This document shows, in pieces, positions 52,470 to 64,000 of a DNA stretch of 64,000 bases; the stretch's first letter is position 1, and each line of letters starts with the position of its first letter. The DNA comes from Octopus vulgaris (lineage: Eukaryota). The position numbers and the translations under genes are program-made. The stretch lies in NCBI GenBank assembly GCA_951406725.2, contig OX597830.1:59706001-59770000 (forward strand). The letters are read 5' to 3'. Below the pieces are notes generated by a model. That model was given only the letters and a program-made list of their open reading frames with translations, searched no databases and was not told the origin of the DNA.

Positions 52470-52774
52470 TAAACGGGCGTCCAACCCTTGAGCGTCCTCA
52501 TAAAATCTGCCATTAGCAAAGGAGTATTTTTCGTGATGCAGAACAGCGACTGTCAATGTTCGCCACTGGGATTTATTGATCAACATGGCTAAACCGAGCT
52601 GTTCTGGAAATTGAAGTCTTCTAAATCGAAACGACATGTCCTGTTGATAAGTGTGGAATTCTAAATATAATTTGGCATCCTCTCCTTTGATGGAACCAAT
52701 CTTCTTCGCATGCAACAGAAAATTCTGAATCATTTTTCTCGCGCTGCTGCAGAGTCGCAACTGATCTAAATTAT

Positions 52775-52778
<4 letters not shown>
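52470..52778 (-). pseudogene. Helitron PIF1-like helicase relic
   Basis: FRFRRLQFPEQLGLAMLINKSQWRTL...FANGRFY corresponds to the F.R.QFP.R.AFAMTINKSQGQTL...FSHGQLY motif. Confidence 0.8.
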
Positions 52779-52810
<32 letters not shown>

Positions 52811-52858
52811 ATACACAGGGATGGCCTTTGAGTCAGACGGCAATTTCTGCTGATTAAC

Positions 52859-52953
52859 AATACTATGCTATACTATACTACACTATACTATACTATACTA
52901 CACTATACTATACTATACTATACTATATTATACTACACTATACTATACTATAC
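52859..52953. repeat. (CTATA)n pentanucleotide repeat
   Basis: Direct reading. Confidence 0.95.
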
Positions 52954-53535
52954 TGCGCGCGCACAGACACACACACACAGACACACATACATAATACATA
53001 CATGCATATATACAGACATACCGTGAAAGACCGTGTAAAAGCTGGGAAACGTGAGAAAGGAAGCTCTAGCAAACATTTGTGCAATTTTTCGGATAATTCT
53101 GTTCGGTATTTCTTGAGTTAGTAAACTTTGAATATGATTAAAGTTTTACTTCCTTATATATAGGCCAGTGTACATCCGCACACACACAGACACACAGACA
53201 CACAGACACACACACACACACACACACAGCACACATACATACATACATACATACATACATACATACATACATACATACATACATACTTAAATACAATACA
53301 TAATCACGATATCTGGGACTATAAAAATCTGTTAAGACCTTGAGATTTAAAGGATGATAGTTAAAACAAGATACTTTCCTTCACAACCTTGGTGCGAAGT
53401 AGGTGACCAGTCAAAATTTGCCCTAAAATTAAAAAATAAAACAGAATATACATACAAATTTCGAAAATCGATTAAGGCTGTTTATTATTGATTGTTTCAG
53501 TCTTCGGAGAAACAGTTAAATTCATTCTGTTTATA

Positions 53536-53676
53536 TTAGGTTGTCCCAAAAGTTCGTAAACACTTGCGAAAATTGAATTTTTACTCGCCAAGTACTAACA
53601 AAAACAACAAAAATTATTCCTCAAAATAAAGACCATTATTTTCCAAGACTTTCTACGATCTTTTGGGACAACCTTA
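53536..53676. mobile_element. Mariner-type MITE
   Basis: 23-bp TIR ttaggttgtcccaaaagttcgta / tacgatcttttgggacaacctta with TA TSD. Confidence 0.92.
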
Positions 53677-53876
53677 TATATCAACTGCATAGGATCACTT
53701 ATATCTTACTTTGTTATTGTGTGAACTGAGATCTTATTGTTAGGCCGCTGATATCAATTAAGGGGTTCACACGGTATGCAAATTATAGCCCCAGTTCTCT
53801 GCAGCTATTAGAATTGTTGAGTATACAAACAGATTGACTGCTAAATTCTCCAGGTTTTGCCAAATTGTTGTAGGTA

Positions 53877-53917
53877 CCTCTGATGACAACTTAGTAAGTT
53901 TCGAAAATCAATTAGGG
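53877..53917 (+). ncRNA. Type-I hammerhead-like motif
   Basis: CCT-CTGATGA-C-AACTT-agt-AAGTT-TC-GAAA-ATCAAT-TA/GGG; the upstream partial copy at 53458 has palindromic AATCGATT and AGG. Confidence 0.6.
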
Positions 53918-54363
53918 CTGTTCATTTTGTTTTTCGACCGAAGGAGAATATAGCTAAAATTAGCTTTGTCTACGTGCAAGTATCTACTACGATGTTTGGT
54001 TAATTACTACTTGCAAGGTTCTGCTAGCTAGGAAACATATGTAGCCTGGATTTCCTCTACTCCATTCCCTAAATTTGGATTTTAATTCACACGCACACAG
54101 CAACCCAAGTTGCTAACCATGAGCTATAAAATAACTTCTTTCAGCTTATCGAACTCCGATATGGGAAAATTTACAACCTTCTACGTCAATAAATCACAAC
54201 TGTTCCTGAAAGTTGTTCTTTTTCTTTATGTATACCTTCTACGGACTGCTTGAAGCTTACTAAGTACCTACACCTTGATTCTTGGATCTTACATTTACAT
54301 ATATATATGTATATGGAGTCGAGCACCTATCTTTCCATGTGCTCGGCTCGAAAAATTGTCAAG

Positions 54364-54411
54364 GTATTAAGATGAAAGCTTTTAGTATGAAACCAATGGT
54401 AGCCTTAATAC
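54364..54411 (+). ncRNA. Degenerate hammerhead-like remnant
   Basis: GTATTAAG...GAAA-CCAATGG-TA-gc-CTTAATAC; 8-bp stem I, core partly deleted (GATGA left); flank related to 31887-31965. Confidence 0.4.
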
Positions 54412-54473
54412 ACAAATAAAGAATCTTTATCCACCAATGCAGTGTTGAGCACTCATTTTCATTGTTCGATATT

Positions 54474-54549
<76 letters not shown>

Positions 54550-54651
54550 AAAAAAATACAAACTGGGATAAGAACGCAAAACATTTAGAAGACGATACAA
54601 AAAGCACGGGCGGGACATTCGAAGCCTTCAATCTTCAGTCAAGAACCGGAT

Positions 54652-54724
<73 letters not shown>

Positions 54725-54743
54725 TAGATAGATAGATAGATAC

Positions 54744-54810
<67 letters not shown>

Positions 54811-55059
54811 TAAAACTTACTTCGAAATGGATGCGTGGCGTTCGATCATATAATAATATAAATAATATTCGAAACGCGGAGTAGATAAAACAGGGGACAA
54901 CTGATGAAGGGATTGTCCTTTATGTTGCCTGTCTCGTTTCTCTGTTTGTTCTTTTCGTTGTTCGAAAAAGTTCGTTTTCTATGTTTTTGTTTTTTATGTT
55001 CTCGTTTCTCATTTTGCTAACGTTTTTTTTTTCCTTTTTTTAATACATGTACCCATACA

Positions 55060-55105
<46 letters not shown>

Positions 55106-55650
55106 CATATATATGTAGGCATGTACATAATTGTATGTATATATGCATATATTTATATATTTTTTTAATATTATATATACATGTATGTATGTCTCTATCA
55201 AACATAAAATTACTGACGTTTTAACTGTTCCGTTTCATTGCTATAATGTACTATAAAACATACCTACAATTGTATTTTTTTTTTTAGCCAAAACTGTGTT
55301 ACGACGACTGTAATCAATTATGTCGACGGCACATTGTGGCAATGAAACGAAACATTGTTGACATAGTAATAATTTTATGTTCGACCTCGCTGCCAAGAAA
55401 ATGTTAAATTACCCAAATTCATTCAACCCTTAAGATTTGTGGTTTTATAAGCAGTGCGTTTGTGGCTAATTAAAAGTGGTACAAGTTTCTGGCAGCTACT
55501 GCAATAAGAATCGAATCGTACTGCTCTCTCATTTTCTGTCCACAAACCTGCTGTAGAAATATTGTTTTTGTCGTCACAACATCAAATGCTAGGTAAAACA
55601 TTGTCAGGTAAAACGTTTTATAGAATATTGTGTATGAGTGTGTGTATATA

Positions 55651-55972
55651 GGAGCACTCCGTCGGTTACGACGACGAGGGTCCCAGCTGTATCACCTGGG
55701 ACAGCTTACTTGTGAGATTAACGTGCAAGTGGCTGAACACTCCATAGACACGCGTACCCCTTTACATATTTCTCAAGGAGATATAGCGTGACACAGAGTG
55801 TGATAAGGCTGGCTCTTTGAAATACAAATACTACTCATTTTTGCCAGCTGATTGGACTGGAGCACCGTGAAATGAAGTGTCTGGCTCAAGGACACAGCAC
55901 GCCGCCGGGAATTGAACTCGCGACCCTATGATCGCGAGTCGAATACCCTGACCACTAAGCCACACGCCTTCG
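55651..55972 (-). mobile_element. tRNA-derived SINE family D
   Basis: Head gcgtgtggcttagtggtcagggtattcgactcgcgatc...gagttcaattccc; CORE/V-like tgtgtccttgagccagacactt; 3' tail shared with family C. Confidence 0.85.
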
Positions 55973-56278
55973 TGTGAGTGAATGCATTTATAATTGCATA
56001 AATGACTACGCTTGTTCGTGACTGTACTTTTTAAGTAACATCATCAGTGTTTGACTTCCCGCTTACATTATTTAAAATCTGTGGAAGAGGAAGAGAAGGA
56101 GAGAGAGAGAGAAAGAAAGAAAGAGAGAGAGACTGGAAAAGGGGAAATTTTCAGTAGGGAGTTTAAAGAGGGGCAAGATTGTAAAACACGTATTCAGCAC
56201 TGTGGTGGAAGCAGAGAATTGGCGACAGCTACATATAAAAGTATAAAAGAAACAGGAGAGAATACACACGCACACACG

Positions 56279-56314
<36 letters not shown>

Positions 56315-56780
56315 TAAACATGCACGCACGCATGCACACACACATACATACATACATACATACATACATACATACATACATACATACATACATACATACA
56401 TACATACATACATACACACATACATACATACATACATACATACATACATACATACAAACATACATACATACATACATACATACATACATACATACATACA
56501 TACATACATACACACATACATCGTTTCATTCTTTAGCGATTTTGCACATAAAGCTAAGGCCGATCTGAAGTTCCACCTCGAAGCGTTTTAATGGATCCTG
56601 CGAATCGCAATCTGTAATTTTGTAAATTTGTCGGATACTCATTTAACTTTTTACTGTTTGTGAAATGATTTTGTTACTTTTTGTGATGTGGGTAGACCAA
56701 CTCGACCGATCGTTTTAAACAGATATTCACAAACAGTAATGCTTTAATGTATCATGTATATATATATATATATATATGCT

Positions 56781-56859
<79 letters not shown>

Positions 56860-57585
56860 GTGTGTATGTGTGCGTGTGTGTGTGTGTGTGTATGAAGCTA
56901 CTTACAGACGTGAAATATATATGTTTCTAAGTTATCCAAGCATCGAAAATATAATTTTTTTTTAGAATATTAAATATATAGTGTTTTATATAAATATGTA
57001 TATCTATTTTGTTGCTGTTTTTAAAAAAATGTCCAGTTCCTTGGGTTTGTGTCTATGTTTTCGTTTCTCATTGTGTTCGACGTCCTTTTGGTGTCCTGTA
57101 CTCATATATGCGTGTATATGTACATATATGTTTATATATATGCATATGTTTTATTTTATTTATTAATATATAAATATATAATATATTGATATCGAAAACA
57201 AAGTATGATTTGTGGACAATGAAAAGTAGTGGGGGAGAAATACGTTAAAAAATGAAAACAATTGCCAACTATATTTGGAGAGATCTAGATAGTAGTAAAA
57301 CTGAAATAAAAATAAGCACGCATAACTGGTTTCTGTTTGGAAGGGAAGGTAACTAACATTGTTATTTCAGGGGAAAACAACAACAAAATCTTTTTTTAAA
57401 AAGTTATTTATCTAATTCAATTGTTACACAAAATTTCGAATGCAGCAAAGAATTGATACAATTACTTGAAAGTTTAACTTTAAGGATAGAATGTAAAGAA
57501 ATAGAAATAAATTTATCGTGTGATTACCTATATGGAAATGAAGTGACGTATAGTCTGATTTTGTTTGGGGAAATATTAATAAGGT

Positions 57586-57984
57586 GTGGAGGCGCAATGG
57601 CCCAGTGGTTAGGGCAGCGGACTCGCGGTCATAGGATCGCGGTTTCGATTCCCAGACCGGGCGTTGTGAGTGTTTATTGAACGAAAACACCTAAAGCTCC
57701 ACGAGGCTCCGGCAGAGGCTGGTGGTGATCCCTGCTGTACTCTTTCACCACAACTTTCTCTCACTCTTACTTCTTGTTTCTGTTGTACCTGTATTTCAAA
57801 GGGCCGGCCTTGTCACTCTCTGTGTCACGCTGAATATCCCCGAGAACTACGTTAAGGGTACACGTGTCTGTGGAGTGCTCAGCCACTTACACGTTAATTT
57901 CACGAGCAGGCTGTTCCGTTGATTCGGATCAACCGGAACCCTCGTCGTCGCAACCGACGGAGTGCTTCCATTCCATTCCATTCC
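57586..57984 (+). mobile_element. tRNA-derived SINE family C, full length
   Basis: A box tggcccagtgg, B box gtttcgattcc, (TTCCA)n tail, 11-bp TSD attaataaggt. Confidence 0.93.
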
Positions 57985-58792
57985 ATTAATAAGGTAGGAA
58001 AGGGCTGACGGTACCAGTCATATACTCTGAATATGAAGAACTAAGTAACTACAATTGTAATAGAAAATATTTAGTATACACATATATGTCTTTAAGAGAT
58101 GCTTCCTTGAGACAGATGCTGCAGTTTAGCTGGCTTTCTGCAATATATTTGCTTTAAGTGTAATATGCAGATTGTTTATTTCAATTAGCACTGTTTGCAT
58201 CTCTAATAACGAATTCGTATTCAATCTACCGGCTAAATATGTCATCAGTGATTTTTCAATACTCTTTAACTATATCTGAGGTTGATTTTCCACTTAGCAT
58301 GCGGTATTATTGGATACTTGCTACTGACGAACCTCAAAGAAGCAGAAATACGTATTTAGAAAGACTACCACCACTGCTAGACTATTCTCGTTCGCTGCAG
58401 ATATATTTCTGTGTTTTTTAACACTATACGCCTGTAAAAGATTCTTTCTCAAAACGAATACGCAGTTTAACAAGCTTTCAATAGTATACATACTTTAAGT
58501 ATGATATATAGATTGCGATTTTGCATGTAATGTAGCATGTGATTTAAGGGAGATTTGGTTGTTATTTCTCTCCTGTCGAACAACAGTATAGCACAGACAT
58601 GGGCAACTGGCAGCCCTTAAGACTTTTTGAATAGTACACCTAACAAAAAATTACCTTAATTTTTTTAGTAGTGCGGCCCACCCAATCTCATGCGGCCCGC
58701 TTCTCTTACAGCAGCTTCGGAAGGAGTGATAGCGTTTGAGGAATCGCTCTTGTATTGTTTTGTGTAGTGAATTGTTTATGTATCTGATTATC

Positions 58793-59013
58793 AAGGCGGT
58801 GAGCTGGTAGAATCGTTAGCATGCCGGACGAAATGCATAGAGGCATTTCGTCCGTCTTTACGTTCTGAGTTAAAATTTTGCCACAATCGACTTTGCCTTC
58901 CATTATCTCTCGGGGTCAATAACATAAGTACCAGCTGGACATTGGGTAAATATAATCGACTTACCCTCCCCCCCCCCAAAAAAATTTCTGGCCTTAAGCC
59001 AAAATATGAAACC
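58793..59013 (+). mobile_element. SINE family B, older tail type
   Basis: Family B head and body. Confidence 0.85.
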
Positions 59014-59510
59014 AATGTATCTGTGTATTTATGGGTGATTAGACAGCCTATTCCATTTATAGAGAAGCTTTGGTGTGACTGAAGCACAGTTAAGATGGAC
59101 TTAGTTCAATGGACGTGACTTCACGGGAGGTGAGTAGAAATCCAATTTTAAATTTGCTTGGATGGACAATGATTCCTAATGTGTTTGTTTGTTTATTTAT
59201 TTGTTTATTTTTAGAATAACTTCTATAATATTGTTCTCGTGCATTATCAAAATGTCTGGGTTTTTTTGTGCGTGGTCAGAGATGTATTTATAGAATCGGC
59301 AGGAAGCTGCCATAAACTGTTTTGTTCATAATTCAAGTGAGGAGGATTTTTGTTTTGTTTTTGTTTTAAAGTGTTTTGTTTATGAGAACGAGACAGAAAA
59401 ACTCTAAAACGAAAGATCCTCACGATGTGTGAGTGACACAAGATCAAAGAGGCAACGTCTGCGCAGTCGCTCGACCAGGTACGTGTTGCTGCCAAAATAT
59501 TGCTGCCAAA

Positions 59511-59647
59511 GTGATGACGATGACGATGATGATGATGATGTCGATAATGGTGACAATGATGAAAATGATAATGTTGATGGTGGTGGTGGTGGTGATGATG
59601 ATGATGACAATGATGATGACGATGATGATGGTGATGATGATGATGAC

Positions 59648-59688
<41 letters not shown>

Positions 59689-59840
59689 CAATGACGATGA
59701 TGATGATGATGACGATGATGATGACGATGATGATGATGATGACGACGACGACAATGACAATGATGATGGTGATGATGATGATGGTGACGATGGTGGTGAT
59801 GTTGACAACAACCACTATGACGATGGTGATGATGGTGATC
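59511..59840. repeat. Degenerate (GAT/GAC/GGT)n trinucleotide array
   Basis: Direct reading. Confidence 0.95.
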
Positions 59841-60263
59841 GCTTTTGTATGTATGTATGTGGGTAGGTGGGCAGATAGGTAGGTAGGTGGATAAACAAAT
59901 AGTCAGACAGACATACAGACACACAGACATACAGATATACTGAAAGATAGACAGACAGTAGACAATGACGATGATGATGATGAGGATGAGGTAGAGGAGG
60001 AGGAGGGGAAGAAGAGTGGGAGCAGGAAGGGGAGGAGAAGAGCGATGATGGTGGTGGTGGTGATGATGAAGACGGTGGTGGTGATGATGGTGAGGTTGTG
60101 AGGGTGTGGTAGTGGTAGTGGTGGTGGTGGTGGTGGTAATCATGGTCAACGTAGTAATATCAGTTTGTTGGTAAGTTAGACAGATTGACACGTCTGATGG
60201 GTAATCAGTCCGACTGGTGCGTTTTGGTCGAGCACCTTCAAACTGTTACAATATTCAAGACGG

Positions 60264-60494
<231 letters not shown>

Positions 60495-60609
60495 AGGCAA
60501 CATGCTTGTTTACTTCATTGACACAAAAACTCAGCCATGCCTTCACGCCATCTTTTGACCGTTTTAAACAAAACTTTATTTCATTGCCACGCTGCACTCA
60601 CTATTCAGA

Positions 60610-61095
<486 letters not shown>

Positions 61096-61160
61096 AGAAT
61101 TCATCTATCTCTTTATCTGTCTGTCTGTCCATCTGTTTGTCTACCTGTCTATCTATTTTC

Positions 61161-61229
<69 letters not shown>

Positions 61230-61250
61230 CATCTATCTATCCATCTATCC

Positions 61251-61281
<31 letters not shown>

Positions 61282-61880
61282 CATCTATCTATCTATCTAG
61301 CCATCTATCTATCCACTCACCCATCCATTCATCCATCCATCTGTCTGTCTGTCTGTCCGTTTTTCTGTCTTGCTGTTTGTCTGTCTGTCTATCGCTCTGT
61401 CTGTCTCTGTCCGTCTGTCTGTCTCTGTCTGTCTCTGTCTGTCTCTCTCTCTGTCTGTGTCTCTGTCTGTGTGTGTCTCTCTCTCTCTGCCTGTCTCTCT
61501 GTATGTCTGTGTCTCTATGTGTTTGTCTGTCTGTCTGCCTGTCTGTCTGTCTGTCTGTCTCTGTCTGTCTGTGTCCTTATGTGTTTGTCCGTCTGTCTGA
61601 TTTTCTGTCGATATACATCTTAGCGTGTCTAATGTCCGTGTGTCGTCACCTAATCTCCCCCTTCCTTCCTCTTTACGGCAGTGAAGTTTGTAAATGAAAA
61701 GCAGGAAAATAATTGAAATGACAACAATGTCTGGTTTCTGTCAGAAGGGAGAAAGCCAAGGAGAGGGAAGAGAGGGAGGGAGCGAGGGTGAAGTTTCCAT
61801 TGGAAGGGGAAGTGAGGAGAGAAAGAGGGGAGAAAAAATAAGAAGAACAGTTAGTGTGGGGTGGGGGGAAATAGGAAGAA

Positions 61881-61911
<31 letters not shown>

Positions 61912-62073
61912 ACAAAGGAAATAAAAAAGACACGATGAGGAAGGAGAACGGATAAGAGAAAGAAACTCATTGAAAAGAAAAGAAGGAAAACAAGAAATAA
62001 GAGGAGAATGAAAGAATAAATGGATTTCGCCATTACCATTTCTATTTAACTGTCGGAAGATATAACTTTAACG

Positions 62074-62867
62074 GCGGCGAGGAGCTGCCAGAGTGGTTAG
62101 CACGCTGGGCGAAATGCGTAGCCGTATGTCTTCTGCCGTTACGTTCTGAGTTCAAATTCCGCCGAGGTCGACTTTGCCTTTCATCCTTTCGGGGTCGATT
62201 AAATAAGTACCAGTTACGCACTGGGGTCGATGTAATCGACTTAATCCGTTTGTCTGTACTTGTTTGTCCCCTCTGTGTTTAGCCCCTTGTGGGTAGTAAA
62301 GAAATAGGTATTTCGTCTGCCGTTACGTTCTGACTTCAAATTCCGCCGAGGTCGACTTTGCCTTTCATCCTTTCGGGGTCGATTAAATAAGTACCAGTTA
62401 CGCACTGGGATCGATATAATCGACTTTATCCGTTTGTCTGTACTTGTTTGTCCCCTCTGTGTTTAGCCCCTTGTGGGTAATAAAGAAATGGGTATTTCGT
62501 CTGCCGTTACGTTCTAAGTTCAAATTCCGCCGAGGTCTACTTTGCCTTTCATCCTTTCGGGGTCGATTAAATAAGTACCAGTTACGTACTGGGGTCGATA
62601 TAATCGACTTTATCCGTTTGTCTGTCCTTGTTTGTCCTCTCTGTGTTTAGCCCCTTGTGGGTAGTAAAGAAATAGGTATTTCGTCTGCGGTTACGTTCTG
62701 AGTTCAAATTCCGCCGATGTCGACTTTCATCGATGTCGACTTTCATCCTTTCGGAGTCACTAAATTAAGTACCAGTTACGCACTGGGGTCGATATAATCG
62801 ACTTAATACCTATGTCTGTCCTTGTTTGTCCCCTCTGTGTTTAGCCCCTTGTGGGTAGTAAAGAAAT
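62074..62867 (+). mobile_element. SINE family B with four tandem 184-bp body units
   Basis: One head, units starting at 62124, 62308, 62492 and 62676; flanked by agatataactttaacg at 62058-62073 and 62868-62883. Confidence 0.92.
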
Positions 62868-62937
62868 AGATATAACTTTAACGTGTTAGTCATTGAATGG
62901 TGGCCATACTGGGGCACTGTCTTCAAGGGTTTTAGTC

Positions 62938-63261
62938 CAGGGGTTCTCAACTATTTTTTTTTTTTTATCTATGAACCTATTTTATTCTGGTGGACCTCCA
63001 TTGTCATTCGATGGTTAAGAACTAGTTTTATTGAAACCATTTTCGAAATTCCTATTTTGTTTTTCACACGTTAACTTGTGTAGGTTGAACAACGTAAAAT
63101 GATGGAGAAAGGAAACAATACATATCAATACATACACCCAGAGCAAACTTTTTTCAGGAGCCCTTAAAATACTCTTGTGGATCTCCACTTTACTATTTTG
63201 TTGCATAGACCCCCTTATATGAACCCTCAGGAGCCATATGGATCCCTGTTGAGACCCACTG
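62938..63261. mobile_element. hAT-type MITE nested in a minus-strand SINE A (about 62885-63545)
   Basis: caggggttctcaac / gttgagacccactg TIRs; 8-bp TSD ttttagtc/gtttagtc. Confidence 0.85.
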
Positions 63262-63337
63262 GTTTAGTCAAACAAACCGACCCCATCAACCACCTCATTT
63301 TTTAGACTAGTTTTTATCCTATCTCGCACACATAGAA

Positions 63338-63372
<35 letters not shown>

Positions 63373-64000
63373 CACGTACGATGGGCTTCCACACAGTTCC
63401 CGTCTACCAAATTCACTCACAGGACATTCATTGGTCGGCCCAGAACTATCGTAAAAGACACTAGCGAAAGATGCCACTCAGTGGAAATGAAGGCGACACC
63501 ACGTGGTTGTACAGAGAGTTTTTTTTAATCACCCAGCCGTACTTGTGCTTAGACAGCATAGTTTCTTGCAGAAAGTGCCAAGATAAGCCAGCGTCTTATT
63601 CCACTAAACCCTATAAAATAACAAGTGGGGGTAAAACAGTGACCTTAAGGAGAAAACGATCATTTCCGTTTGATTCACTTCTGTGCTGGGCTTCTTTTTT
63701 TTTTTTTGCTTTTAATTTTCTGTACAGATGTAGTTTCGAATGTTAATTACGAAAATCACTTTTATTTATTTAATTTTGTTGCTTTTTTGTTGTTTTTTGT
63801 TTTGTTTTTGAGAAATTAATGATAAAAAGCTTAGGAACCTTTAAAGATTGAAATTTTGCTAATTTTGATGAAAAAAGTTTAATGAAGGAAAATGAAAATG
63901 TTATACAACTTTTAGAGAATGAAAAAAAATATGTAATGAAAGACAAAGAAATGAAAGAAAACATTAAGAAAGGAAGGGATAAAGGTAGGAAGGAAAGAAT

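Noticed and set aside
54865-54925. GAAACGCG upstream of CTGATGA (permuted hammerhead?)
   Set aside because: The UH cleavage site is missing and the helices are inconsistent.
57586-57665. Possible tRNA gene (also 55900-55972)
   Set aside because: A/B boxes are present but there is no proper acceptor stem; it continues into a SINE body with tail and TSD.
62124-62867. Regular repeat array resembling a CRISPR locus
   Set aside because: The units are contiguous 184-bp SINE bodies with no unique spacers and no cas genes, in a eukaryotic context.

Overview
This is AT-rich eukaryotic non-genic or intronic DNA, not prokaryotic. It is dense in microsatellites and interspersed repeats whose SINE families and overall texture look like an octopus (cephalopod) genome; that assignment is pattern recognition only, with no search run. 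No intact host protein-coding gene is supported, and nearly all long ORFs in the track are microsatellite read-throughs. Real coding remnants all come from transposons: Penelope-like (PLE) RT/GIY-YIG, RTE, R4/Dong-type RLE, Tx1, Tigger/pogo, mariner, hAT and Helitron. There are four tRNA-derived SINE families and several MITEs with TSDs. The most interesting signal is about 15 minimal type-I hammerhead ribozyme (HHR) motifs, folded by eye, from several unrelated families. Most have a palindromic stem III. They sit in short non-coding elements next to (TA)n tracts or beside PLE ORFs, which suggests a population of non-autonomous PLE-derived or retrozyme-like elements. Other notable items are a MITE inserted into an HHR core, a roughly 297-nt partial-tandem HHR unit, a four-unit SINE inserted with a single TSD, and a SINE whose 3' tail matches a Tx1 LINE in the same window. 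All RNA folds and family assignments are manual and untested.
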